Shown here piece after piece: positions 8,868-16,390 of a DNA stretch of 28,953 nucleotides. How positions within the stretch are numbered: the first letter of the stretch is position 1; each line of letters opens with the position of its first letter. Under the pieces are notes generated by a model, which worked only from the letters and a program-made list of their open reading frames with translations, had not been told where the DNA came from and made no database searches. Source of the DNA: a virus (Duplodnaviria > Caudoviricetes); the IMG/VR virus record IMGVR_UViG_3300044698_000200, positions 1 to 28,953 of that record, one strand, 5' to 3'. The translations under genes were made by a program, and so were the position numbers.

Positions 8868-9182
8868 CTAACGTGTAGCACTTACGAACTTCATGCGCCT
8901 CACATGCGTGCGCAGACCGTCGGTGACCACCGTGTTTTTCAGTACACCGTCAGCCTTGCTCACCCAGACCGTCGTCGTGGTCGTCGTGTTGCTGCTGCTG
9001 TCAATCACCACCCCGCCCGTTTCGTTTTCCCATGTGCTCGTCGCGATTGTGTCGCCGTCCAGAAAATCGGCCCAGTCTAGGGTGAAATCCAAAACCTCGT
9101 CTTCGTCCTTCTCCCAGGTGATGCGGTCTTTTTCATCAATCGAGAACTGTCGTTCATGCTTCCGCAACGTAGCTGTTGGCAT
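8868..9182 (-). CDS. Small virion protein, fibre/tail-adaptor-like (KDxDxxLDFTxDW family)
   Basis: KDEDEVLDFTLDWADFLDGDTIATSTW...TTTVWVS...NTVVTDG pattern, common among phage fibre-associated proteins. Confidence 0.6.
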   Translation of the reverse strand: MPTATLRKHERQFSIDEKDRITWEKDEDEVLDFTLDWADFLDGDTIATSTWENETGGVVIDSSSNTTTTTTVWVSKADGVLKNTVVTDGLRTHVRRMKFVSATR

Positions 9183-9617
9183 TCACCACCCCATTTCATG
9201 CAACCAGTTAATCGCGTCGTTCGCGCCGCAGCACCAGCGACACGTCCATTCTCGCCGATTCAGCTCCTCCATCCAGCCTATTTGCTGCGCCGTCGGCACC
9301 GCTCGCTTGCTCATGCGCTTGAGTTCGATGGCCACGCCTCGGACGTCTGGACGTTTAGGCGGCCGGTCGAAGATGAGCACATCAGGCACGCCCGCCTTAA
9401 GTCCTTGGCGTTTCAGTTCGACGCCGGCAATGACACCGCGCTTGCCTTCGTTGGGCACGTGGCACCACAGCAAGCCTTTCAAGTCCAGATACTGCGCCAG
9501 CACCTTCTGTTCGTGACGCTCGAGGCCGATGTTAGGCACATACTCTCCCAATCGATCGCCGACGAATCGCACACGTTTTGCTACGCCCTTCACGCGTCGC
9601 CTGGCGTTGCCACTCAT
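9183..9617 (-). CDS. VRR-NUC domain (PD-(D/E)XK) nuclease
   Basis: HVPNEGKRG, GLKAGVPDVLI, IELK and PTAQQIGW motifs. Confidence 0.85.
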   Translation of the reverse strand: MSGNARRRVKGVAKRVRFVGDRLGEYVPNIGLERHEQKVLAQYLDLKGLLWCHVPNEGKRGVIAGVELKRQGLKAGVPDVLIFDRPPKRPDVRGVAIELKRMSKRAVPTAQQIGWMEELNRREWTCRWCCGANDAINWLHEMGW

Positions 9618-9994
9618 TCAAAAATCCTCAACACTTCGCTTGGACTGTATTCCCGGACACTTATCATGTCGCAAGCCCATATGTGCCCATGCTCTTGCAG
9701 AAAATAGAATACGATTTTATTGAGCTGAGCTTGCTTATCATCGGCAAGAAATCCGCCGTCAGGCGGACCTATTTCTTCGCTTATGTTGTCGACCATGTCT
9801 TCGACACACGAGTCTACATGGCCAGCGTCCAATTTCTGCCGCTGATATTTTGCGACCTTTATCGACCCGTCATCGGCGGTCCAGCCGGCATCTACGTAGT
9901 CGGCCAAAAAGTCATTCACACTTGAGTGGTGCATCGTCTCCGCGTCCTCAAGTCCGTAGACGAACTCTGGCTGGCTTGACGGCTCATCGCGCAT
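9614..9994 (-). CDS. Hypothetical acidic protein
   Basis: ATG 9994 with GGGAG RBS; stop overlaps the VRR-NUC start. Confidence 0.65.
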   Translation of the reverse strand: MRDEPSSQPEFVYGLEDAETMHHSSVNDFLADYVDAGWTADDGSIKVAKYQRQKLDAGHVDSCVEDMVDNISEEIGPPDGGFLADDKQAQLNKIVFYFLQEHGHIWACDMISVREYSPSEVLRIFE

Positions 9995-10115
9995 TGACAA
10001 CTCCCGAGACCTCGCTTGGGCTGTACTCCACCGCCGAGCATCGTCGGCCGTAGCCGATGAAAATCAAGAAGATTACACCAGCGACACAGATGCCAAGAAT
10101 AACGTCACGATTCAT
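9984..10115 (-). CDS. Small membrane peptide (43 aa)
   Basis: Hand translation MNRDVILGICVAGVIFLIFIGYGRRCSAVEYSPSEVSGVVNAR with a GAAGGGGG RBS; below the ORF-track cutoff. Confidence 0.45.
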   Translation of the reverse strand: MNRDVILGICVAGVIFLIFIGYGRRCSAVEYSPSEVSGVVNAR

Positions 10116-10155
10116 AACAGGCCCCCTTCTTCTAGACGTTTGGTCAATTCATCTT

Positions 10156-10440
10156 TCACCATCCAAAAACCGCAATGAGGCAAATCAATACAGCGACAAC
10201 GCCGCATGCAATTTGCATCGCCACTCCGCCGCCTATTCGAGCGCACGCCCAAGCAGCACAAAATCCTAGACTCATGGCCGCGCACGCCGCGCCAACAGCA
10301 ACCATCCACGCAGACCGCACGCCGTCGCGCAGATCGCGCCACCAGACGCACCAGTAGCGATCGCAACGTCGGCACCGGTGCGCATCATATAAGCTCGACT
10401 CACCATGTTCCGCGCTATCAGCGTCGTCCCACCAGTTCAT
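10156..10440 (-). CDS. Hypothetical membrane protein
   Basis: ATG overlaps the rep stop (ATGA); two hydrophobic segments; Cys/Trp-rich. Confidence 0.45.
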   Translation of the reverse strand: MNWWDDADSAEHGESSLYDAHRCRRCDRYWCVWWRDLRDGVRSAWMVAVGAACAAMSLGFCAAWACARIGGGVAMQIACGVVAVLICLIAVFGW

Positions 10441-11771
10441 CGTCGCCCCCCTGCGGCCATTGAGGACGCCCAAATACCGCCTTCAGGCGGCTCCGGTCCG
10501 TGAGCCTCAGAGACGCCCGTAGGCGCGTTTTCATACGCGACCCTAGTACGCATATCAGTTTGGCCCGAACGCCGCAGGATACTATTTTTCTGCGCGCCTG
10601 GCGCGGCGTCTTGCGCTGACTCGAGCATTGCCCCGTCGGCTAGCGAGTGAATGAACCCGCGCCAGTCCCGCTCGCCGTCGGGCACTTCGCCGGCGTAGCG
10701 CTCCATCGCGGCCTCGAGTTCGGCCTTGCGGCCAAGCCAGGGCAGCAGCGCCTCGGTCTGGCCAAGCGACGGCTTGCCGGCGTCCAGGCCGGACTTGCTC
10801 GAGAGCAAATGCAGCTCGGTTTGCTCGCAGCCCAGGTTTTTCGGCTGCTCTAGCCGCAGCGGCATCGGGGCCTGCGCCCCGGACGGACTCGCTGCGCGCT
10901 CCTGCAGCCGCTTCACGGCGAAGGCCCACGGGCTGCGGACGTGGCCTTGCTGCCGGGTGTAATCCAGCGCCTCGCGCCACAGCGCGTCCGGCACGCCGCC
11001 CCGGGAGCTGGCCAGTTCGCGCAGCTTGCCCTGCACGCCGCTTGGGCACGGCGTGGCGAAGGCCTGCTCGCCCAGCGCGCAAGCCTCAGGCAGCAGCAGG
11101 CAGCCAGCAGCAGGCGGCGAGGCGTGCGGGTCCGGCGACGGGGTTGGGCCGGCTCGCGGTTGCAAGATCGGCACCTGGGTTTGCTGCTGCTGCTTTTTAG
11201 CTTCAGCTTCAGCTTCAGCTTCAAGCGGAGACATCTCCAAGACATCTGGTGGACATCCCGAAGATGTCTCCGAGTTGTCCTCGAATTGTCCCGGAGACAA
11301 TTCAGAGCCGTCTTCGTTTTGTCCTCCAGACGGCTCCGGGATGTCACGGGGACTAGGTTGTGACTTTTTGCTCTCGCGTTGCTCGCGCTTTGTTTGCTGC
11401 CAGCGTTCTCTTTCGGCGAGCACTCGACCGCCGTAGTCGCCCCAGTCATGGATGTGCAATTCGCCTTCGTGAAGCTCGAGCCAGCCGCTCTCAAGCAAGG
11501 CGCTGTAGAGCACGTCGGGCTTTCCGGGGTATCGTAGCTGCCGAGCTAGTGCGCGTGGTGAGAGTGATCCAAGGCGGCCATCGGTAAATGCTTGTCCCGC
11601 TATCAGCAGAAGTCTCGTAACGTAGACCGACAAGACATAGTCGGGCAGGTTCGCATCGTCGGCCACCAAGTCAATGAACGCTTCCATACGAGGATGCGAC
11701 TCAATGTGCGGGTCCATGGGAACATAGGGCAACGACGTGCTCTTGGGACGTCCGCGTTTTTTGTCAGACAT
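10437..11771 (-). CDS. Phage replication initiation protein (lambda O-like architecture)
   Basis: First gene downstream of cro. N-terminal winged-helix-like region ending IHDWGDY..RERWQQTKREQR, then a low-complexity linker encoded by iterons, (EA)n, and helical C-terminal domains. Confidence 0.7.
   Translation of the reverse strand: MSDKKRGRPKSTSLPYVPMDPHIESHPRMEAFIDLVADDANLPDYVLSVYVTRLLLIAGQAFTDGRLGSLSPRALARQLRYPGKPDVLYSALLESGWLELHEGELHIHDWGDYGGRVLAERERWQQTKREQRESKKSQPSPRDIPEPSGGQNEDGSELSPGQFEDNSETSSGCPPDVLEMSPLEAEAEAEAKKQQQQTQVPILQPRAGPTPSPDPHASPPAAGCLLLPEACALGEQAFATPCPSGVQGKLRELASSRGGVPDALWREALDYTRQQGHVRSPWAFAVKRLQERAASPSGAQAPMPLRLEQPKNLGCEQTELHLLSSKSGLDAGKPSLGQTEALLPWLGRKAELEAAMERYAGEVPDGERDWRGFIHSLADGAMLESAQDAAPGAQKNSILRRSGQTDMRTRVAYENAPTGVSEAHGPEPPEGGIWASSMAAGGRR
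11230..11353. repeat. Degenerate 11-bp tandem array (about 11 units), putative origin iterons inside the initiator gene
   Basis: GACATCTCCAA/GACATCTGGTG/GACATCCCGAA/GATGTCTCCGA/GTTGTCCTCGA/ATTGTCCCGGA/GACAATTCAGA/GCCGTCTTCGT/TTTGTCCTCCA/GACGGCTCCGG/GATGTCACGGG; includes the palindrome AATTGTC-N5-GACAATT at 11284-11302. Confidence 0.7.
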
Positions 11772-11904
11772 GCGATGTATAAACTTTCGTGTCTAAATTT
11801 TCTTGACGCATTGATCGTCGTCCTATAGGGGGCGGGCTGTATAAGCTTTCAGCTCGTCCCCGAGCTTGGCCGCCGCGTGATTCAGACACTCGCGGCGGCT
11901 TTTC

Positions 11905-12132
11905 TTATTTCGAAACGAAGCTGCCCGCCTTGGTCATCTCATCGACGCTTTTCCATCCGAGCGCTTCGGCTATCCGAACCAAGACGGCGTGCGACGCCAT
12001 CGCTGCGTCACGTCGCCCGAGCTCGTAGCTGCGTAGCGAGTCATACGGGACGGCAGCTCGATCACAGAGTTCTCGTCGTGTTAGCCCTAGTGCCATCCGG
12101 CGTTTTCTTATAGCTGCTGCAATTGTCATCAT
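11905..12132 (-). CDS. cro: Cro-like HTH regulator
   Basis: MMTIAAAIRKRRMALGLTRRELCDRAAVPYDSLRSYELGRR is an XRE HTH. Divergent from the repressor and heads the replication/late arm. TTGCCG-N17-TACACT lies just upstream on the minus strand. Confidence 0.8.
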   Translation of the reverse strand: MMTIAAAIRKRRMALGLTRRELCDRAAVPYDSLRSYELGRRDAAMASHAVLVRIAEALGWKSVDEMTKAGSFVSK

Positions 12133-12137
12133 ATCCA

Positions 12138-12153
12138 GTGTACTTGAGTACAC
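12138..12153. promoter_or_regulatory. Repressor operator GTGTAC-N4-GTACAC (OR-like)
   Basis: Palindrome GTGTACTTGAGTACAC overlaps the putative cro -10. GTGTAC half-sites also occur at 12184 and 12217. Confidence 0.75.
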
Positions 12154-12233
12154 ATGAACCGGCAAGTCAAGTGTTGAGTTCGTGTGTACTGTGATCAATT
12201 GGAATATTGGCGGTTTGTGTACAATTAGACTCT

Positions 12234-12644
12234 GTGCAAAGCAAAACAACTATAGGCGAGATAATTGGCCGTGCGGTTCAGAAAATGCGAGCTGCAAAGG
12301 CCTGGACGCAGAGTGATCTTGCCAATGCCGCCGAGGTTTCTCGTGATTGGATTGCGAGGCTCGAGACCGGGCGCTATGCATCCCCCGCGATCCATTTGGT
12401 GCAACGCGTTGCGTCGGCACTCGACGTCGAGCTGGTTGATATTCTTGCATCAGAAGTACGGCGAGCGCCGGCGCAAGACCTAGTAAACGAGTTTCTTGGC
12501 TCTCCGTTGGCTGCTGCAGCCAAAGTAACACCAGATGAGTCAAGATGGCTGCTGTCTATCCCGACCCTTAGCTGGGTTGGAGGCACACCAAACGTCGCGA
12601 CGATCTACAAGCTCCTCGAGGCGTATCGGACGACGAAGGGTTGA
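12234..12644 (+). CDS. cI: CI-like immunity repressor (XRE HTH, no S24 peptidase domain)
   Basis: IGRAVQKMRAAKAWTQSDLANAAEVSRDWIARLETGRYASP HTH, divergent from cro. Start probably GTG 12234, 8 nt after TACAAT; the ORF track starts at 12207. Confidence 0.75.
   Translation: MQSKTTIGEIIGRAVQKMRAAKAWTQSDLANAAEVSRDWIARLETGRYASPAIHLVQRVASALDVELVDILASEVRRAPAQDLVNEFLGSPLAAAAKVTPDESRWLLSIPTLSWVGGTPNVATIYKLLEAYRTTKG
12609..12644 (+). repeat. 36-bp direct repeat, copy 1 (repressor 3' end)
   Basis: AAGCTCCTCGAGGCGTATCGGACGACGAAGGGTTGA, 34/36 identical to 13205-13240. Confidence 0.95.
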
Positions 12645-12660
12645 AAGATGGCCTGGCGCG

Positions 12661-12674
12661 TGTTACATGTAACA
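12661..12674. promoter_or_regulatory. Perfect palindrome, probable TA autoregulatory operator
   Basis: TGTTACATGTAACA lies immediately before the antitoxin ATG at 12677. Confidence 0.7.
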
Positions 12675-12676
12675 TT

Positions 12677-12886
12677 ATGGCAACGATTATAGAACGAGTC
12701 GGGCGGCGGCGAGCAAAGCTAAGAGCAGCGGGTCTCCGCCCCGTCCAGATTTGGGTGCCCGACACCAGACGCCCAGACTTTATTTCAGAGTGCCGGCGCC
12801 AATCGCGGATACTGCGCGATAGCCACGGTGAGCGCGAGACTATGGAATGGATTGAGGCGGTGACCGACACCGAGGGGTGGACGTGA
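12677..12886 (+). CDS. Antitoxin, MazE-like (DUF3018 family)
   Basis: ERVGRRRAKLRAAGLRPVQIWVPDTRRPDF..ECRRQS signature; GTGA overlap with the toxin. Confidence 0.9.
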   Translation: MATIIERVGRRRAKLRAAGLRPVQIWVPDTRRPDFISECRRQSRILRDSHGERETMEWIEAVTDTEGWT

Positions 12887-13206
12887 AACGGGGTGACCTA
12901 GTGACCGTCGCCATGCAGGGTGACCTCGGTAAGCCTCGACCGGCGCTGATTATCCAGGCCGATTATTTCGATGAACATCCAACGGTAACCGTGCTGCCGC
13001 TGACAAGCACGATGCAGGCGACGCCATTGTTTCGCGTCAGCGTGGAGCCTGGTGAGCTGACGGGGCTTCGCGAAACATCTCAAGTCATGGTCGATAAAGC
13101 GATGACGATACAGCGAAGCAAGGTGGGTAAGGTCGTCGGGCGACTCGATGATGAAGCCATGCTGTCCGTTAACCGTCTTTTGGCTGTATTCGTGGGAATC
13201 GCCTAA
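12883..13206 (+). CDS. mazF: Type II toxin, PemK/MazF family endoribonuclease
   Basis: MKRGDLVTVAMQGDLGKPRPALIIQ...VTVLPLTS...GL...SQVMVDK signature. Confidence 0.92.
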   Translation: MKRGDLVTVAMQGDLGKPRPALIIQADYFDEHPTVTVLPLTSTMQATPLFRVSVEPGELTGLRETSQVMVDKAMTIQRSKVGKVVGRLDDEAMLSVNRLLAVFVGIA

Positions 13207-13240
13207 GCTCCTTGAGGCGTATCGGACGACGAAGGGGTGA
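13205..13240 (+). repeat. 36-bp direct repeat, copy 2 (orphan copy of the repressor 3' end)
   Basis: AAGCTCCTTGAGGCGTATCGGACGACGAAGGGGTGA, beginning inside the toxin stop codon. Confidence 0.95.
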
Positions 13241-13272
13241 GCGCCCCGTAAGCCGCACCTAGGAATTCAGTA

Positions 13273-13569
13273 TTAGTAGCCAAGCTCGGCGTCGACCTGT
13301 GCACATGATAATGACCCCACCCTGCTCCGCTCGGCGTTGCACGTGGTCCTCATTTCTTCGTCCGATGCCTGTTCTGCGTCTCGTATGTCTCGCGCCCGGT
13401 CAAGGCAATCATCGATGGCATCATCGCGTTCGGAGTCAGTGAAGGCCACCCACCCGCAAACGACAAGCTTATCCAAGGTTGCCGCGCACATCGTCTTGCA
13501 AGCCGTTTCGCCATCACTGAGGCCGCCACAACCCGCCAAGAAACACCCCGCAAGCAAAATCCAGCGCAT
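13273..13569 (-). CDS. Cys-rich lipoprotein (candidate superinfection exclusion or lysogenic conversion)
   Basis: MRWILLAGCFLAGC lipobox with GAGGGGG RBS; six further Cys; located in the immunity region. Confidence 0.7.
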   Translation of the reverse strand: MRWILLAGCFLAGCGGLSDGETACKTMCAATLDKLVVCGWVAFTDSERDDAIDDCLDRARDIRDAEQASDEEMRTTCNAERSRVGSLSCAQVDAELGY

Positions 13570-13924
13570 CGAAAACCCCCTCTTCATGCCTTCAGTGGAT
13601 CGTAGATGATGGCGCTAGCCTTCGCATGCGGTGAATTCTACGTTCTGCGAATGTCATTTGTCTTCAACGCATCGCGCTTTATCGTTTTCCACCGCAGAGC
13701 ATACGATTTTCGATTGGTAACAAAGCGTGCCAATGACTCATGTGAATACGCCAAACCCGCCCCTAGCCGTGTCTGCATCGGATATGCTTTGCCTGGCCTC
13801 TTCTATCCCCGGCCAATATCGAGACATTCTTGCCGCCGCGCTCATGCAGAACGGGCCGACAGTGGATCTACGTCCATCCCAGGACGACAAAAAACGAAGA
13901 ATTATCAGCAACAAATGATCACTC

Positions 13925-13975
13925 GTGTACTTCAGTACACTTTCGTCTTGCATTCCAATGTGTACGCCGGTACAC
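13925..13975. promoter_or_regulatory. Two operators GTGTAC-N4-GTACAC (OL-like) around the early promoter
   Basis: GTGTACTTCAGTACAC at 13925-13940 and GTGTACGCCGGTACAC at 13960-13975 flank TTGCAT (13948), upstream of the recombination operon. Confidence 0.8.
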
Positions 13976-13978
13976 ATA

Positions 13979-14143
13979 ATGACAATGCACAACAAACCAC
14001 AGCTCGACACCACCGCCGGACGACTGAATGCCGCCGTAAGGGACCACAGTCATAGCCCAGCGATCGACGCGCGGGCACTTGCGGCGCAGCCTCAATGCGC
14101 CGCGACGTTACTCGTTCGCGCGTTGCCGGGGGTGACGCTATGA
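13979..14143 (+). CDS. Small hypothetical early protein
   Basis: First ORF after the operators; its stop overlaps the next start (ATGA at 14140). Confidence 0.35.
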   Translation: MTMHNKPQLDTTAGRLNAAVRDHSHSPAIDARALAAQPQCAATLLVRALPGVTL

Positions 14144-14502
14144 GCCGCGAAGCAGCCGAGGCTACGATTCGAGAGCTAAAGCCGCAAATAAAGCAGTTAA
14201 CAGAGCTGCTGACTGATCGACGCAGCCCGTTTGAATCGCTCGTGATGATGAGCGTCGCCGCATTGTTGTCCAGAGTTCTTTGCGATTCCGTCAATGAGCA
14301 CACGAAGGACCAGCTGCGGGAAGGAAGCGACGGTTACGTAAATTTTGATCTAGACCGCATCGAGGAAGTCCAGCGAGCGGGAGACGCGTTTGAACAAGCG
14401 CAGCATCAAATATTTACGACCATCGGTGGCCTTTCTCGGACTGTCGCAGATACGGTTCTCGAAGTTGGCGCCGAGAAAGTGAAGCACGCAAATGCTAACT
14501 GA
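14140..14502 (+). CDS. Hypothetical helical early protein
   Basis: ATG 14140 with GGGGGTG RBS; overlaps the exonuclease start. Confidence 0.65.
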   Translation: MSREAAEATIRELKPQIKQLTELLTDRRSPFESLVMMSVAALLSRVLCDSVNEHTKDQLREGSDGYVNFDLDRIEEVQRAGDAFEQAQHQIFTTIGGLSRTVADTVLEVGAEKVKHANAN

Positions 14503-15442
14503 CGAACAAAGGAAAGCCCGCATCGGCAAGATGACATCATCGGTTGTCGCCGCCGCGCTCGGGCTGAACCCGCGCATGACGCCGTTCCAGGCGTGGCTCG
14601 CGATTCGGGGCGAAGGCGAGAACCTGGACGAAAGCCGCATCATCCAGCGCGGCAACCGCCTCGAGGCGCTGGTGCTCGACGAGCCGTGCGAGCGCTACGG
14701 CTGGGTGCGACGCGATGCAGAGTTTCGCAGCGTCAAGCCGTGGGCGGGCGACAGCGCCGATGCTCTGTACCTGGACTCGTCGGGCGAGCGCATCCTTGCC
14801 ATGGGTGAAGGCAAGACGCACGGCATGGGACTGGCGCACGAATATGGCGAAGAGAACACCGACGAAGTGCCGGGCCACGTGCTGGTGCAGTCGCATTGGC
14901 ACCTTATCCACTGGCCAGAGGCGCCACGTTGCGTTGTGCCGGTCTTGCTCGGCGGCTACGAGTTCGTGTTCCGGCTGTTTAATGTCGAGCGCGACAACGA
15001 GCTGCACGGCCTACTCATGCAGGACGCCGAGAAGTGGCACCGCGATTACATCGTCGGCGACAAAGCGCCGCCCGCCGAAGCTGGCGACAACGAGCTGCTA
15101 AGCCAGCGCTATCGCAAGCACAGCAAGGGCTACGCCGAGGATACGCCCGAGATTGCGCGCCTCGTACAGCGCCGCATGGACGCTTATGCGGCCATCAAAG
15201 AAGCCGAGAAGGCCAAGGGCGGCGCTGAGGCGCTGCTCAAGCAAATCATCGGCGATGCCGAGGGTGTCAAAGGCGACTGGGGCAAAGTCTATTGGCGGCA
15301 GCAAAAAGGCCGCGAGTACGTCGACTGGCAGTCGCTGGCGCTCGAGCGCGGCGCCACGCCTGAAGACATCGTCAGGTACACCAAGCACGCCGAAGGTATT
15401 CGGCCGATGCGGTTTTACCCCAAGAAGGACAAATCAGAATGA
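14492..15442 (+). CDS. YqaJ/lambda-exonuclease-like viral recombinase
   Basis: RIGKMTSS.VAAALGLNP..TP, RGNRLE, D..D..EGKT and VP...LVQ..W motifs; paired with a downstream SSAP. Confidence 0.9.
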   Translation: MLTDEQRKARIGKMTSSVVAAALGLNPRMTPFQAWLAIRGEGENLDESRIIQRGNRLEALVLDEPCERYGWVRRDAEFRSVKPWAGDSADALYLDSSGERILAMGEGKTHGMGLAHEYGEENTDEVPGHVLVQSHWHLIHWPEAPRCVVPVLLGGYEFVFRLFNVERDNELHGLLMQDAEKWHRDYIVGDKAPPAEAGDNELLSQRYRKHSKGYAEDTPEIARLVQRRMDAYAAIKEAEKAKGGAEALLKQIIGDAEGVKGDWGKVYWRQQKGREYVDWQSLALERGATPEDIVRYTKHAEGIRPMRFYPKKDKSE

Positions 15443-16350
15443 GCACCGAACTCACAGTCATTGCGCCGACCACGCTCGCCGAGGCCGTCGATTACGCGAA
15501 GATGATGGCGGCCACGAATATGGTTCCCAAGCACTTCGTCGGCAAGCCGTATGACATCGTGGTCGCTACGCAGTACGGCGCGAGCCTTGGCCTGGCGCCG
15601 TTGCAGGCGCTGCAGTCCATCGCGGTTATCAATGGCATGCCGTGCCTCTGGGGCGACGGACTTTTGTCTGTTGCCATGTCAGACCCACAATTCGCTGGCA
15701 TGGATGAGACATCGAGCGGGTCCATTACCACCGGCGACTACAGCGCTACGTGCGTTGTCCGCCGTGCTCGGTTCGGAAAAATCCAGGAAACCCGTCGCGA
15801 ATTCACCCAGGCGATGGCCAAGCGCGCCGGGTTGCTCGGCAAGCAAGGGCCGTGGACACAATACCCGGAGCGCATGTTCCAGATGCGGGCGCGCGGATTC
15901 GCTATTCGCGACGCATTCGCCGATGCACTCAAGGGCTTCAAGAGCGCAGAAGAACAAATGGACATCATCGACGCGACGACGGGCGAGGTCACCGAGCGCC
16001 CGACCAACGTCGTTGATGCGGACTACGAGACGAAGGCCGAGAAGCCGGCAGCCGAGCCGGCGAAAAAGCCCAAGGGCAACGCAGCGATGAAGGCGAAGCT
16101 CATGGCATCGAAGGCTGCCGCACCTGCGTCGGAGCCTATCAGCGGCATCGCCGCCGCCGAGACGATCGAAGAACCCAACGGCTGGGTCGACGAAATCATC
16201 AGCGGCATTGCCGCCGCCGAGACGATCGAAGAGCTCAACGGCTGGTGGTCTCGGGTTAACGAACTTGAATCAGCCGAAGAAAAGGACCGCGTTCAAGCCG
16301 CGGGCAAGGCGCGGCTCAGTGATTTCAACGAGGCCAAAGCGCCTCGCTGA
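15439..16350 (+). CDS. recT: RecT/Red-beta-like single-strand annealing protein
   Basis: VPKHF.GKP, GLAPLQALQSIAVING.P.LWGD and GPW.QYP.RM..MRAR.FA.RDAF.D.LKG motifs. Confidence 0.85.
   Translation: MSTELTVIAPTTLAEAVDYAKMMAATNMVPKHFVGKPYDIVVATQYGASLGLAPLQALQSIAVINGMPCLWGDGLLSVAMSDPQFAGMDETSSGSITTGDYSATCVVRRARFGKIQETRREFTQAMAKRAGLLGKQGPWTQYPERMFQMRARGFAIRDAFADALKGFKSAEEQMDIIDATTGEVTERPTNVVDADYETKAEKPAAEPAKKPKGNAAMKAKLMASKAAAPASEPISGIAAAETIEEPNGWVDEIISGIAAAETIEELNGWWSRVNELESAEEKDRVQAAGKARLSDFNEAKAPR
16138..16245 (+). repeat. In-frame tandem duplication (48-bp core, 60-bp period) in the SSAP C-terminus
   Basis: 16138-16185 vs 16198-16245, 3 mismatches; encodes ISGIAAAETIEE(P/L)NGW twice. Confidence 0.95.
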
Positions 16351-16390
16351 GAAATAGGATAGCAACCGAAGCAAAAGAGGGAGTTTTACA

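Noticed and set aside
10582-11494. Alternative-frame ORFs inside the initiator gene
   Set aside because: Arg/Ala-rich shadow frames expected at high GC, with no RBS or motif support.
12609-13240. IS element with target-site duplication
   Set aside because: There is no transposase or terminal inverted repeat, and a 36-bp imperfect repeat is too long for a typical TSD.
13606-14055. 149-aa plus ORF and other ORFs across 13600-14050
   Set aside because: They run through the operator/promoter region and lack motifs or good RBSs. The region is left unassigned.
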